Origin: Macrostomum lignano
Lineage: Eukaryota
NCBI GenBank assembly: GCA_002269645.1
Contig: NIVC01001638.1
Coordinates: 62,001-126,000, forward strand
Reading direction: 5' to 3'
DNA: 64,000 nt
Below the pieces are notes generated by a model. That model ran no database searches. It saw only the letters and a program-made list of their open reading frames with translations, and was not told the DNA's origin. Position 1 is the stretch's first letter. Each line of letters opens with the position of its first letter. Made by a program: the position numbers and the translations under genes. Below are positions 57,431-64,000 of this stretch, piece after piece.

Positions 57431-57931
57431 TGTACTGTAGCTCAAGCCAGTAGTGTCGGAACATATTTCAGAGTGTGGGGGGCTAATGATGGGAGGGCAC
57501 ATTGCACATAATTTCTTCTAATCTAAGGGCACCCAAACTCCTGCTGTTAGTTTGTGGCATTATGACATAACCAGGCCAATATTCAATTCTGTGTTGAAGT
57601 AGCCGAAAGTCTAGCTGAAAATGCTCAAATTTTCAACTAATTCAAACATTGCGCAACTGTACTGCACTCATTTCAAGGACTGCGCTTAAGTGACTTCCTA
57701 GTGGTCTTTGACTAATTTATTTAGTATAGTCATAGATATCTCAAATGAATGAAAATTTCAAGCGCAAGACCAGTAATTTTCTGGATCTCTTGGCGCTGTC
57801 TATTCTTTTAGCTGACGGCATTTTAGTGATTTTGGTTGCAGCGCCCGCAGCGGTTTAATTAAGTCTTGGGATTGCGGCAGACTCGAAATTTCGATCAGAG
57901 GCCCCAAAGGAGAAGGGCTAAATAGCTAAAA

Positions 57932-58500
57932 CAGGGGTCGTCAAACTCCAGTTCGCGGGCCACATGTGGCCCGCAAAGTCTCTACCCGGCCCTCGGGTCC
58001 TTTGAATCTTCACAATAGAAATCCGGACTGCTCAATTTTTGTGTCTCGATCTTTTTCAGCTCTCTTTTCTCACCTCTCTCTTCTCTCTCACCTGTCCTCT
58101 CCTCTCCTCTCTCCTTTCCTCTCATCTCTATCACCTCTCTCCTCTCTTATTCCTTTTCTTCTCCATTCTCTTCTCCCCTCCCTCCTCTCTCAATCCTCTC
58201 CTCTCCTCTCTTCTCTATTTCGTCTCTCCTCTCCTCTCAATCGATCCTCTCCTATTTCATCTCTCCTCTCGATCGTAATACTCTCTTATCCTTATTCCTT
58301 CGCCTCTCCTTTCTTCTACGAGTACGCCAGCTCGTATTTCTCTTCTCTATTCCCTATCCTCTCTCCCTCCTTTGGCTTGCAATCATCAGGGACTCCTGGG
58401 CGCATTTTGCTTAGGGGCCCAGCGAAGCGGACCCAGAAGGGCAGTCATTTGCGCTAGGTTCTCAATCTGGCCCTTGAGGTAAAAAGTTTGCTGACCCTAC
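57932..58500. mobile_element. hAT (Charlie-like) MITE containing a CT-rich tract
   Basis: CAGGGGTCGTCAAACT...GCGGGCCACATGTGGCCCGC...AAGTTTGCTGACCCT. The flanks AGCTAAAA and ACGTAAAA form only an imperfect TSD. Confidence 0.55.
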
Positions 58501-60479
58501 ACGTAAAAGCACTAGGCTTAGGCACATGGCCAAGGCTTGTGCAGCTGCATGAGCAGGAAAGCACGAATCAAGAGCACGCCGCTGTGGTACTGCACCCAAT
58601 ATCGCCGATCGGTTTGCGCGTCTGCCTGTGCCTTTGCGTCTGTCTGCTCGTGTCTGCTTGTGCCTTCTTACAGTGCATTGTACATTTTAGTGTTAAGCAT
58701 GACAGGGAGTGAAATACCTTAATACATGTACGGCATGATCAATCGATGAGCGCGCGTGAATCGTGCGTAATTATACACTACGATCAAGAGCATTACCCGG
58801 ATATCAAGATTCGCTGCGGGGCTTCGGTTGACTGTGCACATCGGGGTGGAGGGGTGGGAATTAGGCGCACGCAGTCCACCAATTTTCACGGCTCCATATA
58901 TAGGGGACTTTATAGCAGTCCTCGACGCGTTTTGATAGGAGAAATACCCATGTTATGTAGTCGCGTGTATGGTCGCATAACACACAAATACTCAATATTC
59001 ATTAATGCCCGCGGACGCATATGGGTATGAGTGCGCATGGGGTGACGCATTTGCATAGAATATTTGCATCGAAACATTTAACCTAGTGGACATGCAGTCT
59101 GGTATTGCAATTTTTTAATTGCAAAAATTTTTGTTTTTAAAAAATAAGGCAAACAATAAAACAAGTCATCGATATAACAATAATTGTAAGCTATACAAGA
59201 TATGCAGCTGTATCAGCTACATACGTTAGGCCTATCATTCATATAATGAAAATTTTAGTCACTTCGTCAAAAAGCAAATGGGAAGGACCTAGGCATTGGT
59301 CACTTCGTCAACCACCAGTAAAGTCGCCCCAACACTTTGGTCACTTCGTCAACCGAGTTGACGAAACGCCAGTTGACGAAATGACCATCACCCAAAATTT
59401 TCTGGATCCGCTACTGACCAGGGCCTAGGGGCCTAGCAAAAAAACTTTGCAGCATCAAGATTAAAAAACAATCTGAGTTAGGGGCCTAGAGAGAACAGAG
59501 ACAAGAGTGAGTGCAGACCACAGACTGTAGAGAACCAATTATCTGGCGAAAAAATATTGTTATGCCACTACACTAGGCCTACACCCCGAGGCCTGGGCTT
59601 GGCCACTTCCGATAGGAGATTGGTAGGTAACCTAAATCGGGCTTGGCCACTTCCGCTTGGATAGTGAGATTGGTAGGTAACCTAAATCGGCTAAATGTGT
59701 TAGTCAGTTCAACCAATTCAATCGGCCAATCGTCTATCAGTAACAGTAGGCCTAATCATAAACAGACAATTTGCAGGGCCTTGCGCTGGTGGCACAGTAG
59801 TGACCGATCCGATCAGTATTCCTACTATATTTAGTGTATTATGGTCAAGAAATGCGAGTTCTAGAGCGTTATGGACAAACATACAAACCTTAGAGATTTA
59901 GTATATTTACCTCGTACAAAAATTTAGAATAAATAATTTATCGTGAAAATTTCTAAAATTAAAATACTCATTTTGATGCCATCCATTCGCAGCTGTGCAA
60001 AAAAGTTAAGGTGGTGGTATTGCATGTCAATGATCTACATGTAACGACTAAATCCAGGAATATTCAAGATCTTACTTAAGGAATACTTAAATCAAGGACT
60101 GGAACAACTTGTGGCGGATATTTCTGCTAGTATAGCCATGCTAAATGTGCCATGGAGCAACTTAACACTTCGTGCAATTAACCAGCAGACTGGCATGGAG
60201 TGCTCCAAAAGTGCTGCTGTGCAGGCAATTGGCATCCATACGTGTTACAATTCGACGCAATCTAGTCTCTAACGGACACGGCAGCTGTGGCTGTGCAATG
60301 CGCCTACCAGCGGAAAGACGGAGTCAAATGCTGAAAATCGACTTGGACATCGCGGAGCCATGCATTCACAAGGATGGGATTGTAGGGGTATACATGTAGT
60401 ACTGCAGTGTGTGCATTTTTCTGACGTCGAATTATACAGCGGCATGAAGAAAGCTATGACACGTTTGCGGTGGAAATGC

Positions 60480-60795
60480 CGTTCCAGACAGGTGCCGAGT
60501 GGCACCGGGGACCACGAGGCCAATCTCATACCAGGTGAGCACGATGAGCTCCCGAACTCTGAAGGCCCCCCTGGAGTGTCGCATCATTCTCGTCCAGCTA
60601 GCTCACAACCTACAGCTAGAGCGTCAGTTGAATTTGACGCACTCAGGCTGCTCCGTGAGGCCTTTCGAGCTGACGAGAGCGTCATGACCGAGGCCCTGTA
60701 CGATTGGGCCAAGCTGCAGCGCCCGTCCATCATCCAGCGCCGGCGGCGACTTCAACTGGAGGGCCACGTGATCCGGGCCGAGGATCATAGATAGG
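60480..60795 (+). mobile_element. Degenerate RTE-like LINE 3' fragment
   Basis: LERQL...LLREAF...EALY...RPSIIQRRRRLQLEGHVIR resembles the RTE C-terminus (RRRLxxxGHxxR). Confidence 0.55.
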
Positions 60796-61209
60796 TGAGC
60801 TAATTACAATACATTTAGCATATTCGGCTTCCAGACTTTGGTTAGCAAAACTACTCTCTAGCGGTTTGATAGTGTGAGCGTAAAAAGCAACATGACTGAA
60901 AGTGTGACATGACTTCTTAGGCTAAAGTACAAATAATTTACTGTCTGCGATCATAAGTCGAACTTTGAATGTTTAGTAAATTAAGCTCGTTATAGTAATG
61001 AAGCACTATATTCAGTCATTCCGTAAATCTAGCCGCGCATGCCATCCTCATTAAAATTTTAATGCTTTCGAGTTGCGAGAGCAAAAAACGGGTATTTTGA
61101 AAAGATTTGAACACTTTAATTGTTCATGCAAAAGAGGGTTTCAAAGCATTCCAAGTAATTGGCTTGTCTTTGGGAGAGCGTTAAAAATTGGTTATTTGAT
61201 CATTCAAGA

Positions 61210-64000
61210 ACTTGACTTAACTGACTTAGCTGCAGGGCTGCCCCGGAGAGGGACACAGCGGGAAGGCGCGGACGCCCATTCCGCAATCCCTGAACAGCCG
61301 ACGCATCGCTATGAACGGAGGGTTGACGCCGCCCAGGGAGGTCCCCCTGTGTCGCCAGCAGCTATGGTGCTCTCTGGAAAGGAGAGTTCAGCCCTGCGGG
61401 TGGCCCGGAGGTAGCGCATGAGCTGATTAAAGTTTTTTGGGTTTGCACGCTTCAGTAATAGATGTATGTGGCCCGAGGTAAGTGAGTCTGGCTCGCGTAA
61501 AGTCGGGACAGATGCTGACGAAGTGCTCAGCGGTTTCGTCACCTGAGTTGCAAAAACTGCAGATGGAGTTGCCCTGCAGGTACTGGTGCCTGGAGAAGCA
61601 GCCGTGGCCTGAGAGGGTCATGGTGGCAGCCCGAATGTCTCTACGCGAGAGGCGCAAGATGAGCTTCCGGAGCTGGTGAGAGGGCTGAGTGAGGGACAGC
61701 GCCTCTTGATTGCCTGCAGGTAGTGCATTTCGCATAAGTCGAGTGGTGCTGAGTTCTGATCCACGTTTTGATGCGCGAGACGATGACGCAGCCGGGGATC
61801 GGGACAATGGGTTCAGGCACGAGAGAGGAGCCGGAGATACCAACTTTCGCTAGGGCGTCAGTCAACTCATTTCCTCGGATCCCCACATGCCCCGGAACCC
61901 ACTTAAGGGTGATTTTGTTGGTGGAGCGCAACATGTTGAGGAGTTTGATACAGTCGAGGACTGTAGCAGAATCGGTACTACAGCCACTGATGGCGTGCAA
62001 GGCAGCTTGGCTGTCCGAATGGAAAATGATGTTCTCACAGGTAACGCCAGTGGCGAGGAGCTCTGCGGTGCAGGAGCTGATGGCAAGAACTTCATTTTGG
62101 AAGACACTAGAGTTGACCCCAGTGTACTGAGCGTGGGTTGCGATAACCCTCCCGTTCAGGAAGATTCCAACACCAAACCGGTGTTGGCTGACTGCTTAGA
62201 ACCATCGGTGTAGCAGTGAAGCTCACCAGGGTTCTAGTGGTCATTGATGGTTTCGCGCGAGTCGATAGCTACGGAGTAGCGTTGTCTCAGGTTGAGCGTT
62301 GAGGCAATGCCATCGGTGAAGACGCGATTGGCCTGACACTCGTTGAGAATGTTGAGGCACAGGTCGCTATGCGGGACGAGGTTCCGCTTAGCAGGTGCCC
62401 TCATGTAAAGGAATTTGACACCGGCATCAAGTAAACGCCGCGTCGTTCTAGCCGCCTCACCCCTGACGAAGAGGTCAAGAGGCGGTAGATTAAGGAAGGC
62501 CTCCATGCCGGCAAAGGGCGTGGACCTGGTGGCGTTGCAGATAAGCCAACACGCTCTGCCCTCGATCGTGTTGAGCAAATCTGCATGGCTTTTGACCTGG
62601 GTAGCGCTAACCCAGACAATAGAAGCCGTAATGGCAGGTCTAACTACGGAAGTATAGACCCACCAAAGCCGTTTTGGGGATAGACCCCAAAAAGTGCCAA
62701 ATACTTGTCGGAGCTGGGCCAGAATGGCTGAGGCACGCCTGACTTTTGCTTTCACGTGGAAGGACCAGTTGAGCCGGTGGTCAAGTATGACCCCGAGACA
62801 TCTGGTCTGGTGCGCGAAGGCAATATCTCTGCCGTATAACTGTAGAGGTCGTATGTTCCAGCGTATTCTGCTGGTGAATATAATAGCAACAGTTTTGGGC
62901 TCAGAGAGTTCCAAACAATTGTCATTGGCCCAGAATTCTGTTTTGCGGATAGAGCTCTGCATCAGATCCCTGAGCGTGCTGGGGGACGGCCCTGCCACAA
63001 TGCCAGTGACATCGTCAGCATACCCGACTTTGAAGACGGAATCAGGTCGGGAGTCGCCCAGAAGAGCGTCCATGACTGCTCTCCCAGAAGAGCGTCTTGG
63101 TGAGGACTCCGCCTTGGGGTCCACCCTTACAGACTCTGGCGGAGGCAGTTTGCCCTAGGAGTTGGGCAGTGACCATACGGGTGGACATCACGTACATGAT
63201 CCACCGTATGAGAGTAGCATGAGCTTTGCGATTTTGAAGGGCCCTCTGAAACGCTTCAAAAATGACGTTGTCGAAGGCGCCAACAATGTCGAGAAAAAGA
63301 GCCAGGGCGTAACCGTCGTCCGTCACCCAGTACCGCCCGTTTAATCTTCTCGACTATCGCATGCAGGGTGCTATCAGTCGACCTCCCGGTACGGAAGGCG
63401 TACTGATTATTGCTGAGGGGCATCGCTGTCAGCTCGCATGAAACCATGCAGCCGCCTCTCAGTGAGCTTAAGCATTGCTGATGTTAAGCTAATTGGCCTG
63501 AGTGCCTTGACGCTCTTGTAGTCACCCTTCCAAGGTTTGGGAATGAAGACTACCCGAGCTTCGGGCCAGCACTTGGGAACGTATCCCCCCAGCTGGATAG
63601 AGGCCCGCATGAGATTGCGGGTAAGTCTCAAGAACGAGGGTATCTTAGCTGCTTCACAAAGAAGAACAGGGTAGATACCATCAGGTCCATGAGATTTGAA
63701 AGGCTTGAAGGTTTTGCGAGCGATCAAGTCTTCAGTGATAATGCCCGTCGCTAGGGTGGCTCCATCCATCGAATGGTTGGTTCCGATCTAGCAGTGGGTA
63801 CCCTCGGGAAGAATGTGCTGAGCATATGTTGAAGCACTTCTTCAGGGTTTTCAGTAAGAGAGCCATCATCTTTTCTGATCATAGCTAATTTGGACATTTG
63901 TCCATTGTAAGGGCCTTGACAAGCCTAAAAGTAAGGTCTGTCTTGATCAGACTCATTGCAGAACTGGCGCCATTTACATTCCTTGGCCTTGCGCACTTCA
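61210..64000 (-). mobile_element. Frameshifted non-LTR retrotransposon (R1/LOA/I-group-like) with RT, RNase H and a C-terminal Zn finger
   Basis: RT: KSHGPDGI, WPEARVVFIPKP, RPISLTS, QYAFRTGRST, LFLDIVGAFDNV, GGPQGGVL, VGYADDV, CLGVILD..LNW. RNase H: YTDGS, FQNEVLAI, HSDSQAAL, LKWVPGHVGIRGNELTDALAK. C-terminus: CSFCNSGDETAEHFVSIC. Tail (AAGTC)n near 61210. The element is split over several frames and continues past the window edge. Confidence 0.9.

Larger units (their letters stand above)
56602..59393. mobile_element. Non-autonomous TIR element (Mutator/foldback-like) inserted into the hAT MITE
   Basis: ~38-bp TIRs GGGT(CCTA/GATG)GTCATTTCGTCAACTGGCGTTTCGTCAACT, subterminal TCACTTCGTCAAC repeats, and flanking AAAATTTT direct repeats (56594-56601 and 59394-59401). 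The superfamily assignment is inference. Confidence 0.75.
56457..59416. mobile_element. hAT MITE split by a nested insertion
   Basis: TIRs CAGTAGCGGAT...ATCCGCTACTG with an exact 8-bp TSD, ACCAGGGC (56449-56456 and 59417-59424). Confidence 0.88.

Noticed and set aside
59590-59695. ~45-bp tandem duplication containing CCACTTCCG (ETS-like)
   Set aside because: It is only two copies in a transposon-rich region with no linked gene.
61290-61310. CTGAACAGCCG(T)ACGCA shared between the SINE 3' body and the LINE 3' UTR (possible SINE-LINE partnership)
   Set aside because: The match is only 16 nt and is in the opposite orientation to the LINE's sense strand.

Overview
Eukaryotic (metazoan) genomic DNA with GT-AG introns and the standard genetic code. 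GC-rich exons separated by introns filled with minisatellites suggest a free-living flatworm such as Macrostomum; this is inference only. I could reconstruct seven genes in two convergent blocks. Plus strand: the 3' part of a PP2C (PPM1E/F-like) phosphatase; an intronless single ORF fusing the 18S rRNA acp-transferase TSR3 to the tRNA m3C32 methyltransferase METTL6; snurportin-1 (4 exons); and a 10-exon THAP-domain CtBP whose dehydrogenase catalytic residues are lost. Minus strand: GATD3/ES1 (5 exons), a BMPR1/thickveins-type receptor (3 exons) and ATG5 (2 visible exons). Non-coding DNA holds about 30 different tandem arrays, four copies of a tRNA-derived CORE-type SINE (one with its head amplified into a satellite), hAT MITEs with exact 8-bp TSDs, a nested transposon stack, a strongly CpG-depleted piggyBac relic, RTE fragments and a frameshifted RT-RNase H LINE at the right edge. 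The top finding is the TSR3-METTL6 fusion. A linked hypothesis is that a spliced-leader AUG supplies start codons both inside that fusion and for ATG5. Most long ORFs in the supplied track are artefacts of tandem repeats.
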